From the NCBI GenBank assembly GCA_016219965.1, contig JACRJM010000003.1, forward strand, positions 130,299-194,298: a stretch of DNA of 64,000 nucleotides, read 5' to 3'. Position numbers and translations under genes: made by a program. The DNA comes from Candidatus Schekmanbacteria bacterium. GTDB taxonomy: Bacteria; Schekmanbacteria; GWA2-38-11; J061. This document shows, piece after piece, positions 18,952 to 28,525 of the stretch; the stretch's first letter is position 1, and the number at the start of each line of letters is the position of its first letter. A model generated the notes under the pieces. That model was not told the origin of the DNA and did not search any database. It saw only the letters and a program-made list of their open reading frames with translations.

Positions 18952-21838
18952 AGCAAACTCCCTTTTCCAGTATTCTGTTCATGTCTGCTAACTCTTCATG
19001 CCTGTTAACCTGCTTATGCCCCTCATACCAGTATCCAAGCGTATTCCCTATCTCGGAAGCAACAATCTTAAACAATGCTTCTGAAAAATCTTTTTTTCCT
19101 ATTTTTAATGAGTTATGATTTTCAAGAATATATTTCATGAGATTTTTCATTTGCTCATTAAAGTTAGAAAACATGTGGTTGTATTTGAATGGGTTGCCGC
19201 TGCCTTTATGTCCATTGGTACAATTAATTTCAAGGAGCAGATTTTTTAGACTTGCTTCATCACAGGCAGTACCATTGAATTTTCTTACCTTGTCATAGAA
19301 ATTTTCTGTTGATTCATTTAACAGTTGAAGAAATGCCTTGAAATCATTGGGTGTTATGTTTGCCTGCGGTTCCCACTCAGAAATTGACATCTTTATTGTG
19401 TCATAGAGAACCCATGATTTATGGGCTATATCCCTAAGTGAAGATATATGGAGAGTTTCAAAATTGGGCACCTCATTTCCGAGAAGCTCTGTAAATGCCT
19501 TCATGCCATTGTAATTCCTCTTAAGGAAATAATCAGCATTCTTGTAGTGCCAGTGATATACCCCGCAGGAATAAAGAAATCCAAGGTGCTCTCCGTTCCG
19601 TGCCATTCTCATCCCTGCCTCGATGTCCTCGGCGTTTGATATTTTTTTAAATCCATATTTAAGGAGAGATTTCTTTGAATAACATGCACAAACATTGTCA
19701 ATAAATGAGACTTTTCTCTTTAATTGCTCCGGCAGACAGTCAAAAGATTCTTTGTCCTGTAAATAGTATTCTACGTCCCTGTCAAATCCGTAGGAGTTAT
19801 ATGTTATATCGGTAATCCATCTGCTGTAAAGGTCGGCATCAGAATTTACCATCTGCCTTATTGAGAGAGCTGCAAGCTCAGGAGATGCCTTAAAAGTTTG
19901 AGCTATCTTGTATAACAGATAATCGCTGGCAGGAAGGGCATCATGTACCGTATAGAGGACATAATCGCCGCTTGCGTGTTCCGCTGCCAGCTGCCTCGTC
20001 GCACCATGATTAAAAGATTCCCTTGGTATCTGAACAATCTTTGCTCCATTCTTTGCAGCAACTTCCAATGTGCCGTCAGTGGAACCTGAATCTATAATAA
20101 CTATCTCAACATCCTTCACCTTCTTTTGTTTTTTTATTTTATCCATAAGAGCTATAAATTGCTGCCCACCGTTCAATACTGGGATTACTATTGAAAATTT
20201 AGCATCAGCACAGCTGGCATCAGATATATTGCTTTTTATGGGATTGAATGTCATCAACTTGCTTAATGTCTTATTCAAAGTGGCACTTCTATTGAGGAAT
20301 TTCTGATTTGTATGGTCCAAAAGATTATTCAATTCCCTGTTCTTTTCAAGCTCGCTCTGATAGCGTTTATGCATCATATCTATTATGCTTACAGTCCCAT
20401 CAAATGCTTTAGCTTTAAAGATATAGTCGTCACTGTCCGCAGTTGACTGGCCATTTGCAGGTTCAACAGAATTAGATGTTTCTTTTTTATCCATTTTATC
20501 ATCAGCGGCAAAAACAGAATCATCTACCATGATTTTTTCAAGAAATGAGTAGTCGACACCTTTTACCTTTGCAGCCATTTTCCCGCGGTTTGACATATCT
20601 TCCACAGAACCATCGCACATGATAAGGTTGTTTTTCTTATAGAAGTCAAAAAGAGTACTTCCCGGGACAGGAGTGTAAAGGGCCGGCGAATAATGGATAG
20701 GCTTGACTTTTAATACTCCAGCCACTGTCATTATATCATCTTCTTTATGCCAGCCTGTATCAGTGGGGATGCCTAAAATATAATTTGCCCAGATCTTTAC
20801 ACCATACTTGTGTAATATTTCTGTAGCCCTGAAATTGTCCTCGGGAGTTGCCTTCTTGTTAAACCATTTTAATATCCTTGGGCTGAAAGACTCAAAGCCA
20901 ATAATAAGAAATGCAAGGCCAGAGCCTGCCATTTTTTCTATTAAATCCTCGTTCTTGCAAATTACATCTGCCTTAGAAGATGTAACCCATTTGAAACCGC
21001 TCTTTACAAAGCCTTTATCATGAAGAGCCTGCGTGAATTCTTCCACCCACTCGCGGGACATTATAAACTGGTCATCATGAAACATGGCAGACCTGATACC
21101 ATACTTATCCCTAAGCATCTCTAACTCTGCAATCACATTTTCAACACTTCTTCCCCTGATATAGGAAATGCGTTTGCCATCCTTATCAAGCCTTGTGTAA
21201 AGTTGATGTTCTCCGGGTCCGCAGCAGAATGTGCAGTTAAAGGGACAACCTCTGGTATTCATAAGTTCAGCCATAGGGAGAGGGAAATGAAATTTTTTCA
21301 AGCCAAAGGGCTCGCAGTTCATTCTTACATCATAATCCGACCAGATCTCCCTGTCAGGAAACGGGATCTGGTTTAAATCAGGAGTTTTCCCCCAGGAATA
21401 TTTCGGGAACTTTGATGGGTTTTCAATAAGCTCTGGAAAACTTATTTCACCTTCTCCCTGTATTACATAGTCAAAGGCGCCTGTCTTAAGACATTCCTCG
21501 GGAAACATAGTAGGGTGAATGCCACCCGCAACCCTCATAGCTTTTGGGAGGATGGCAGAGGCTATTTTTCCTGCTTCTACAGCTATTGAAAATTCCACAG
21601 AATGGATTGAAAATCCTATTACGTCAGGAGAATTTTTCTTTAACAAAGTCTTATATTCATCCCAGCCGGAAAGCATCCTGAAGTCCACAAGGAAAACCTC
21701 ATGTCCTTTAGATTTAAGCGCTCCCGCCAGATAAGCTAGTCCAAGACGTATGAAAATACTGTCAGGAGATGGTTTTTTTAAATCAGCATCCCACGAACTA
21801 TAGGCTAAGGCTGGATTGACTAAAAGAACTTTTGCCAT
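18944..21838 (-). CDS. Cobalamin-binding radical SAM enzyme fused to a GT2 glycosyltransferase (start revised to ATG 21838)
   Basis: B12-binding domain (LGLAYLAG, GGIHPT, GEGE); RGCPFNCTFC; GFES; coiled-coil linker; GT2 motifs SIVIPVLNGG, IDSGSTDGT, FNHGATR. SD GGAGAGG. Confidence 0.85.
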   Translation of the reverse strand: MAKVLLVNPALAYSSWDADLKKPSPDSIFIRLGLAYLAGALKSKGHEVFLVDFRMLSGWDEYKTLLKKNSPDVIGFSIHSVEFSIAVEAGKIASAILPKAMRVAGGIHPTMFPEECLKTGAFDYVIQGEGEISFPELIENPSKFPKYSWGKTPDLNQIPFPDREIWSDYDVRMNCEPFGLKKFHFPLPMAELMNTRGCPFNCTFCCGPGEHQLYTRLDKDGKRISYIRGRSVENVIAELEMLRDKYGIRSAMFHDDQFIMSREWVEEFTQALHDKGFVKSGFKWVTSSKADVICKNEDLIEKMAGSGLAFLIIGFESFSPRILKWFNKKATPEDNFRATEILHKYGVKIWANYILGIPTDTGWHKEDDIMTVAGVLKVKPIHYSPALYTPVPGSTLFDFYKKNNLIMCDGSVEDMSNRGKMAAKVKGVDYSFLEKIMVDDSVFAADDKMDKKETSNSVEPANGQSTADSDDYIFKAKAFDGTVSIIDMMHKRYQSELEKNRELNNLLDHTNQKFLNRSATLNKTLSKLMTFNPIKSNISDASCADAKFSIVIPVLNGGQQFIALMDKIKKQKKVKDVEIVIIDSGSTDGTLEVAAKNGAKIVQIPRESFNHGATRQLAAEHASGDYVLYTVHDALPASDYLLYKIAQTFKASPELAALSIRQMVNSDADLYSRWITDITYNSYGFDRDVEYYLQDKESFDCLPEQLKRKVSFIDNVCACYSKKSLLKYGFKKISNAEDIEAGMRMARNGEHLGFLYSCGVYHWHYKNADYFLKRNYNGMKAFTELLGNEVPNFETLHISSLRDIAHKSWVLYDTIKMSISEWEPQANITPNDFKAFLQLLNESTENFYDKVRKFNGTACDEASLKNLLLEINCTNGHKGSGNPFKYNHMFSNFNEQMKNLMKYILENHNSLKIGKKDFSEALFKIVASEIGNTLGYWYEGHKQVNRHEELADMNRILEKGVCFG

Positions 21839-21883
21839 TTTCCTCTCCAATATTTATAAAAAATTATTTTATCTGCGCGACGC

Positions 21884-23005
21884 TCACAGGAAGCATACGT
21901 GTTCTTTGGGTCTTGTGATATTCCATAATACCTGATTAAATGTGTTGCACCTGCACAATGGGATACAGTCATCAAAATCTATTTTTTCGCAGGCCTCTTT
22001 CCGTTCTTCCGAATTCCAAACCTCTGCAAGACTTTTTTCCTTGAGATCCCCGATACAATACTTTTCATAACCTCTGAGATGGCAGCAGATGTACATCTTG
22101 CCGGTTGCGGCAATAACCGTAGCAAACTGGTGGCCATAGCATTCCTTGTAATTCCTTCCATAATCTTTCGAGTTCATCATGTCGTATTTATGTTTTGAAT
22201 GGAGGACATCAAAGGCATTGCCGCTGTATTTTATACATTTCGCAATTTCCCTCGTAACATCTTCCCAGTTGTATTCAAAATTTCCGCCGCGATGTATCTG
22301 CATTGGACGAAACTGGATATAGTCAACTCCCATATCTCTGCAAAGGATAGTTGCTTTTTCCAAATCACCGCTTGTCTCCCTGCTGGTCAGGTATCCTACT
22401 CCCACTGTGGCGTTGCTTTGTAATTCCTTTTTCATTCTTGTCAGCATTCGTATATTCTCTACAACCTTGTTAAAAGCATTTCCGTCCCTTCCATGCGTTT
22501 TCAAGAATACTTCAGGGGTTGCAGCATCAAGAGAAACCCTTATCCATGTGCAATTTTTCAGAAGCTTCTCTGCTGACTCTTCTTTTAGAAGCTGGCCATT
22601 TGTGATAAAACCGACATCTATACCTCTTGATTTTGCACGCTCGACTATATCAGGAGTATCAGGATGGCATAATGGTTCTCCGCCGCCGGTAAAAATCAAT
22701 CCCCTTGCTCCTTCTTCGCCTAATTGATCTATAATTGATTCTGCCCTTTCCCTTGAAAGGGAATTACTGTCTGTAAGCTGGTAATAACTTACAACGCACT
22801 CCGGGCACTTGTGATTGCATACATTTGTCATATCTATTTCAACAGTAATAGGTGGAGGATTATCTCCATCTATCCATGCGCTGACCCTGTCCAAATGTTG
22901 CAGAATTTTCTCAGAACTGAACTGTTTTACATCATTAAGCTTTTCCTTAAGGTCGGGGATAAATTCTATGATGTTTTCTTTTTTTGGTGCTGCAGCGCCC
23001 TTCAT
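21884..23005 (-). CDS. Radical SAM protein with SPASM/twitch domain (start revised to ATG 23005)
   Basis: CNHKCPEC, FTGGGEP, ITNG, RVSLDA; C-terminal C...GKMYICC...IGDL...WNS...C.PLCRC. SD AAGGAGG before ATG 23005. Confidence 0.88.
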   Translation of the reverse strand: MKGAAAPKKENIIEFIPDLKEKLNDVKQFSSEKILQHLDRVSAWIDGDNPPPITVEIDMTNVCNHKCPECVVSYYQLTDSNSLSRERAESIIDQLGEEGARGLIFTGGGEPLCHPDTPDIVERAKSRGIDVGFITNGQLLKEESAEKLLKNCTWIRVSLDAATPEVFLKTHGRDGNAFNKVVENIRMLTRMKKELQSNATVGVGYLTSRETSGDLEKATILCRDMGVDYIQFRPMQIHRGGNFEYNWEDVTREIAKCIKYSGNAFDVLHSKHKYDMMNSKDYGRNYKECYGHQFATVIAATGKMYICCHLRGYEKYCIGDLKEKSLAEVWNSEERKEACEKIDFDDCIPLCRCNTFNQVLWNITRPKEHVCFL

Positions 23006-23065
23006 AAAAAATCCTCCTTTTAATAAATAAAAATGCTCATAGATAAAAAATACCAAGCCTCTTTA

Positions 23066-23082
23066 AGCAATAATCCTGCCAA
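23066..23082 (-). promoter_or_regulatory. sigma54 (-24/-12) promoter of the radical SAM operon
   Basis: Minus strand reads TTGGCAGGATTATTGCT with exact GG-N10-GC spacing, about 60 bp upstream of the revised start. Confidence 0.8.
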
Positions 23083-23119
23083 AGGTTTATTAGAAGGAGA
23101 AGGGATTATTATCAGACAA

Positions 23120-23132
23120 TAACCATTTGATA
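23120..23132 (-). promoter_or_regulatory. IHF site
   Basis: Minus strand TATCAAATGGTTA is a perfect WATCAANNNNTTR match, about 40 bp upstream of the -24 element. Confidence 0.6.
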
Positions 23133-23298
23133 TTTATATTTTTTTTGAAGCGGTGCCTTTTTTCTCAATAGAGCATTCTTAAACAATTATTGTGGAAAAG
23201 ATTGCCCATTGAGGAGAAAAATTAGCCTGGTGAAATGATTATCAGGAAATTGATTTCATGCTGAGTACTTCTTAAGATAGGGGAGCAAATTTACTTCT

Positions 23299-23703
23299 TC
23301 AGGATTTATCAACAAGGTACTGAAAAGAGTATATTTGAAGGTTTTTTATAAGGTTTTGCTCGACCTCCTTGCATACGGTATGTATGGGGCATGTTGCCTT
23401 CCTTTTGCATACATCTTCCCCGTTTACGCATATATTTATAAGTGGTAATGCTTCCATTGCTTTAACAACATCAAAAACAGTCAACTGACTAGGTGTTACG
23501 GCCAATGAATAACCGCCGCCTTTACCCCTCTGGGATTGCACGATTCCTTGTTTGTTCAGACGGTGCATTATTTTGGCAACAAATGGGCGAGGTATTTCTT
23601 CGTCGGCAGACAGGGCATCTATCCTGGAAAACCCTTTTTCCTGTTTTGACAGGTTTAAAACGCACCTTATTGCATAATCTGTATCACGCTTAATACGTAA
23701 CAT
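23299..23703 (-). CDS. Rrf2 family transcriptional regulator (three-Cys, Fe-S type)
   Basis: TDYAIRCV, SQRGKGGGYSL, C-x6-C-x5-C-PIH. Confidence 0.9.
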   Translation of the reverse strand: MLRIKRDTDYAIRCVLNLSKQEKGFSRIDALSADEEIPRPFVAKIMHRLNKQGIVQSQRGKGGGYSLAVTPSQLTVFDVVKAMEALPLINICVNGEDVCKRKATCPIHTVCKEVEQNLIKNLQIYSFQYLVDKS

Positions 23704-23765
23704 ATATTATCTGTAAATAGCTAAAAAAACACAAAGTCAATATTTTTTTTAAAATATTTATTATT

Positions 23766-24740
23766 TTAGCCATTAATTCTTTTTGCCATACGGTCAAGAT
23801 ACCCGGAAAGCTTTAACTTTATAGACTGAAGAGTATCGAACTCATTTACAACTATGCGCTTAAGCATTAACCTGCTGTCACTGAAAGTATTCAGACCGAA
23901 AACTGTGGAACAGGTATTTTCATAGCCTGATGATGAAAAAACCTGTGCGTTAATATTTCTGAAGTATTTTTCTCCTCCAAAAGGCATGGCGAAGGACAAT
24001 ACTTTTTTTGATGTGACAGATTCGAGGTATTCCCTTGAATGAGTTAATTCTTTTTTGATCTCATCCTTTCCGAGCATGCTGAAATCAGCATGGGAATGAC
24101 TGTGTGAGGCAACTTCAATAAAAGGAGAGGAAATATGTCTGACATCCTCTGCGGAAAGAAAATTCCTTTCAATATAACCGAATAGCATATTTACATTAAG
24201 AATCTTTTCAACAAGACTTCTTGTTTTTCCCTGATTATTAGAGGCAAGTATTGAAGTAATTGATCTTTTTAGCAGGAGATGATTTTTACTTTTAGTGATA
24301 TGCAATTCATTAAGAAGCATTTCGAATGAATCTTTGTTGTTTAATGCAGCCTCAATATATATATATAATGGAATCGCATCCCCTGAAAGTATTCCCGTAG
24401 GAAGAAAAAATGTGCAGGGTATATTGCTTTTATCAACTAGAGGTATCACATTGCTGATTAATGATTTGTAGCCATCATCAAAGGTAATGGCAACAAAGGG
24501 TTTCCCCCCTTCTGAAATTTTGCAATTGGCAATATGATCTGCCACTTCAGAAAGCGGAACTATCCGGAAATATTTTTTAAGGAAAAAGATATGCGATTCA
24601 AAATCTTTTACCGTGCAGCTTACAGTCCCATCGTAATAAAAATTTTCATTTGAATCCTCGTCATTTTCATCAATTATCCTGTGGTAGGCAAGTATAGGAA
24701 AACAGCTCTTCTTGAGCTTTGAGAGAGAAGAATCAAGCAT
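23766..24740 (-). CDS. Polysaccharide deacetylase (CE4/NodB)
   Basis: ILAYHRI, ITFDDGY, SHSHSH, FAMPFG. Confidence 0.9.
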   Translation of the reverse strand: MLDSSLSKLKKSCFPILAYHRIIDENDEDSNENFYYDGTVSCTVKDFESHIFFLKKYFRIVPLSEVADHIANCKISEGGKPFVAITFDDGYKSLISNVIPLVDKSNIPCTFFLPTGILSGDAIPLYIYIEAALNNKDSFEMLLNELHITKSKNHLLLKRSITSILASNNQGKTRSLVEKILNVNMLFGYIERNFLSAEDVRHISSPFIEVASHSHSHADFSMLGKDEIKKELTHSREYLESVTSKKVLSFAMPFGGEKYFRNINAQVFSSSGYENTCSTVFGLNTFSDSRLMLKRIVVNEFDTLQSIKLKLSGYLDRMAKRING

Positions 24741-24825
24741 TTTCTGCTGCGTTTTCCCTTTGAGAAGGAAAGATAGTGCAGATGTAAGAATCCGTTCATT
24801 GTCTCTTAAGAATTTTGAAAATATC

Positions 24826-25731
24826 TCAATAGTATGTCCTTCCCATTAATTTATTTATTTTTTTTATGGTTTCAGCGCTTAAGACATTGTCATCTTTCCT
24901 GACAGCCTGTATTTTTTTTATACCATGAACCAATCCCTTTAAGTAATGCTTTAATGATGATGTACGCATACTTTCCAAAAATACAAAAACGCTCCATAAA
25001 AGACTATGGATAATGGCATAGCGGAGAGGCAGATATTTAAAAGCAACGTTAATTCTATTTTTTATGAGATAATATGAACGCTGACCCTCTGATTTTCCTG
25101 ATGGCGACATAAAGTGTTTTATTTTTACGTCCGGTATAAAGAAAATATCTATTCCCTTTTCCATCAGTCTGAACGAGAAATCAAGCTCTTCGCAACCAAA
25201 GAAATATTCTTCAGGGAGTAGGCCTATATCTTCAAATATTTTTTTTCTGAAAGCGCAGGCTCCCCCGAAAAAATAGGAGCATGCTGTATCTGAATCAAGT
25301 CTTTTCCCGCGCCGGACAGGATAACCACCATGGTCTATATTCTTCCCTCTGCTCTCAGGTTTTATATCTTCAATCTTGAAACTAAGAGCACCGGCAGAAG
25401 GGTATCTGTCAAAAGATCTGATGATGTTTTGTATATCTTCATTAGAAGAAAAGCATGCATCATCATCAATAAAAATGACAAACTTTCCTGAAGAGTTTTT
25501 TATACCAATATTTCTTCCACCTGCAACCCCGGTGTTTATTTCAGATTTTACCTGTTTGAGATCCATTCCATTGAAAAGTGCAATCTGTTCATTGCTGCAA
25601 TTAACACCGTTTTCAACAAGGATTATTTCAAAATCCTTAAATGTCTGGATTTTGAGGCTGTCTGCAAGGGAGTGGAGTTCTTTTTCCCGTTCCATAGAAG
25701 ATATCACAACGACTATACTGATTAAAGGCAT
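24826..25731 (-). CDS. GT2 family glycosyltransferase
   Basis: EIILVENG, NTGVAGGRN, FIDDD, EELDFSFR. Confidence 0.9.
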   Translation of the reverse strand: MPLISIVVVISSMEREKELHSLADSLKIQTFKDFEIILVENGVNCSNEQIALFNGMDLKQVKSEINTGVAGGRNIGIKNSSGKFVIFIDDDACFSSNEDIQNIIRSFDRYPSAGALSFKIEDIKPESRGKNIDHGGYPVRRGKRLDSDTACSYFFGGACAFRKKIFEDIGLLPEEYFFGCEELDFSFRLMEKGIDIFFIPDVKIKHFMSPSGKSEGQRSYYLIKNRINVAFKYLPLRYAIIHSLLWSVFVFLESMRTSSLKHYLKGLVHGIKKIQAVRKDDNVLSAETIKKINKLMGRTYY

Positions 25732-25869
25732 GGTATTCTTCTTTAAAAAAGTGAATAAAATACTAATAAAAGATTTTTATTTAGATTGCCAGTCCAAAGA
25801 GACATGGTAAACTTGTTTTTATTATTAATTAATAGCAATAGATATTGGCATCTTTAACATTTTATTGAA

Positions 25870-28476
25870 ATGAAAACACAGACTAAAATTATTATCTTAT
25901 TGTCCTTTCTAATATTTATCTTTATTTGCGGTCTGGTATCGCTGCAGTATTTTCAACTTCAGAAGGCAGAGCACATTTCTAATGAAAGTAAAATCTACAG
26001 AGAGAAGATGTTTGATAAAATCATCGATATTAAAGGCAAGACACTGGAAGGCTTTACCAATGATTATAGCTACTGGGATGGGATGGTAAGTCTGGTTTCA
26101 CAGCCTTTGGATAAAAAATGGGCGTATGAAAATATAGATATTGTAATTCATAATTACAATGTTCAGGTGGTCTGGGTTTATACGAAAAATTTTTCCAATG
26201 TATATTCTACGAACAGTTTTAATGATGAAAAACTGAAGGGAAACCTCCTGTCTGAAGAAGCGCTGAAGAAAATCTTTAAAACAAATCTTTTCCCACATTT
26301 CTTTGTTAACACAAGCCGCGGACTAATGGAAATCAGGGGAGCCCCGATTCAGGCTACTGCCGACAGCAAAAGGGAAACAACTCCATCAGGATTTCTTATT
26401 GCCGGACGTTTATGGGATAGCATTTATATTAATGAAATTTCGGAGTTGGTGGACGGTTCTATAATACTCTCTGATTTTGCAGGTAATAAGAAGCAGGATG
26501 CTGACCATCCCAATGAACAGGATGTTATCGAATTTTCAAAAATATACAATGGATGGGATGGTAAACCCCTGGTATTCGTTAATGTATCTGCTAATTCCCA
26601 TATAATGACAGAGATCAACCAATGGTCCAAAAATGTGTTTTTCATATTCATGGTCTTTTCTCTGGCTATTTTAATTATTATCCCTGCATTTATTATCCGC
26701 TGGGTTACAACCCCTTTGAATAAAATATCGCAGAGCTTGAATCAAGATGCCCCTGATGCAATTGAGAGTCTGAGGGAAGAAAAATCAGAATTTGGCAATA
26801 TAGCAAAACTGATTGCAGAGTTTTTCAGACAAAGAAGCGAACTGAAGGCAGTTGTTAACGAGATGGAAATAAGAGTTCAGGAGAGAACATCTGAGATAGC
26901 GAAGGTAAATGAAAATCTCCGTTCTGAGATCATTGAGCGGGAAAAAGCAGAAGAGTTCATTAAAAATATCCTTGAAACCGTTGACGAAGGCTTCATCGTT
27001 GTAGACCGCGAGTACAGGATAATATCTGCAAACAATGCTTATATAAAACAGGCAAATATACCTTTGAAAGATATAATAGGCAGGCACTGTTATGAAGTAT
27101 CCCATAATGTAAGCAGACCATGTTATGAGGAAGGTGAGGATTGTGCCGTCAGGCATACTTTTTCTTCGGGCAACCCACATACTTCCATCCATACCCACCG
27201 GGACAATGATAACCGCCCTGTTTATGTGGAAACAAAAACTTATCCAATGAAAAACGAGTCAGGAGAAATAATTTCTGCAATAGAAATTGTTAATAATATT
27301 ACTGAAAAAAAGAAGCTTGAGGCTCAGTTGCGTCATTCTCAAAAGATGGAAGCAGTGGGCCAGCTTGCAGGAGGTGTGGCGCATGATTTTAACAACATAC
27401 TTACTGCCATAATCGGTTACGGCACTATGCTGCAGAGGAAAGTTGGAGATAACAACACGTTAAGAACATATGTAGATACCATTCTTTCCTCAGCTGAAAG
27501 AGCAGGTAATCTTACCAAGAGCCTTCTTGCATTCAGCAGAAAACAGATAATGGAGCCAAAACCTGTAAACCTCAATCAATTAATAAATGAAGCAAAGAAA
27601 CTTCTTTCAAAGCTCGTAAACGAAAAAATAGAGTTTAAGGTGACGCTTTCAGATCAGGATATGGTTGTCATGGCAGATAGCGGCCAGATAGAGCAGGTGC
27701 TGATGAACCTTGTAACGAATGCAAAGGATGCGATGCCTGACGGAGGCACTTTACAGATTACTACAGAGATTGCAGAAACTGAAGATGAGTATATTAAGTT
27801 CCCAGCCTTTATGAAACCCGGCAGATATGTTCTAATTTCTATTTCGGATACAGGTATTGGAATGGATGATGATACAAAGGAAAAAATATTTGAACCATTT
27901 TTTACTACAAAAGACCCAGGGAAAGGCACTGGACTCGGGCTGGCGATAGTTTATGGCATAGTAAAACAGCATAACGGTTATATAGAAGTTAACAGCGAAT
28001 TTTCGCAGGGGACTACTTTTAAAATATATCTTCCGCTCATTGAATCCATTGCTGAAAAAAAAGGAGACAGTGCAGCATTATTACTGCCTAAAGGGAATGA
28101 AACAATATTGGTAGCAGAAGATGAACTCTCTGTAAGGGAAATTGTAAGAATGCTCCTCGAAGAACAGGGATATAAGGTAATAGAAGCTGTTAACGGCGAA
28201 GATGCGGTGAAAAAGTTCACTGCTAATAAAGACAGCATCGAGCTTATTCTCCTTGACCTTATGATGCCTCAGAAAGATGGCAGGACTGTTTATGAGGAAA
28301 TAAAGAAGATAAGGCCGGGAATTAAGGCGATTTTTATGAGCGGTTATTCTGAAGAGACTGTCAGTATATCAGGGATTATTAAGGATAAACTGCACTTCAT
28401 CCCGAAGCCGATTTCGCCGGAAAAACTTTTATTTAAGATACGAGAGGCAATTTCTGGTGATGGTCACCCTGCCTGA
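25870..28476 (+). CDS. Hybrid sensor histidine kinase (CHASE4-PAS-HisKA-HATPase-REC)
   Basis: Two TM helices; NDYSYWD (CHASE4-like); PAS; [40 protein letters not shown]; REC LLDLMMP. Confidence 0.92.
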   Translation: MKTQTKIIILLSFLIFIFICGLVSLQYFQLQKAEHISNESKIYREKMFDKIIDIKGKTLEGFTNDYSYWDGMVSLVSQPLDKKWAYENIDIVIHNYNVQVVWVYTKNFSNVYSTNSFNDEKLKGNLLSEEALKKIFKTNLFPHFFVNTSRGLMEIRGAPIQATADSKRETTPSGFLIAGRLWDSIYINEISELVDGSIILSDFAGNKKQDADHPNEQDVIEFSKIYNGWDGKPLVFVNVSANSHIMTEINQWSKNVFFIFMVFSLAILIIIPAFIIRWVTTPLNKISQSLNQDAPDAIESLREEKSEFGNIAKLIAEFFRQRSELKAVVNEMEIRVQERTSEIAKVNENLRSEIIEREKAEEFIKNILETVDEGFIVVDREYRIISANNAYIKQANIPLKDIIGRHCYEVSHNVSRPCYEEGEDCAVRHTFSSGNPHTSIHTHRDNDNRPVYVETKTYPMKNESGEIISAIEIVNNITEKKKLEAQLRHSQKMEAVGQLAGGVAHDFNNILTAIIGYGTMLQRKVGDNNTLRTYVDTILSSAERAGNLTKSLLAFSRKQIMEPKPVNLNQLINEAKKLLSKLVNEKIEFKVTLSDQDMVVMADSGQIEQVLMNLVTNAKDAMPDGGTLQITTEIAETEDEYIKFPAFMKPGRYVLISISDTGIGMDDDTKEKIFEPFFTTKDPGKGTGLGLAIVYGIVKQHNGYIEVNSEFSQGTTFKIYLPLIESIAEKKGDSAALLLPKGNETILVAEDELSVREIVRMLLEEQGYKVIEAVNGEDAVKKFTANKDSIELILLDLMMPQKDGRTVYEEIKKIRPGIKAIFMSGYSEETVSISGIIKDKLHFIPKPISPEKLLFKIREAISGDGHPA

Positions 28477-28525
28477 TAGGTTTGCAGTTTCCCGGGCATA
28501 GCTTATCATTTCCTGACACTTCGGT

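Noticed and set aside
18064-23299. Radical SAM trio as a RiPP cluster
   Set aside because: There is no room or ORF for a precursor between the promoter and first gene or after the last gene, and no RRE, peptidase or transporter; the GT2 fusion points to sugar chemistry.
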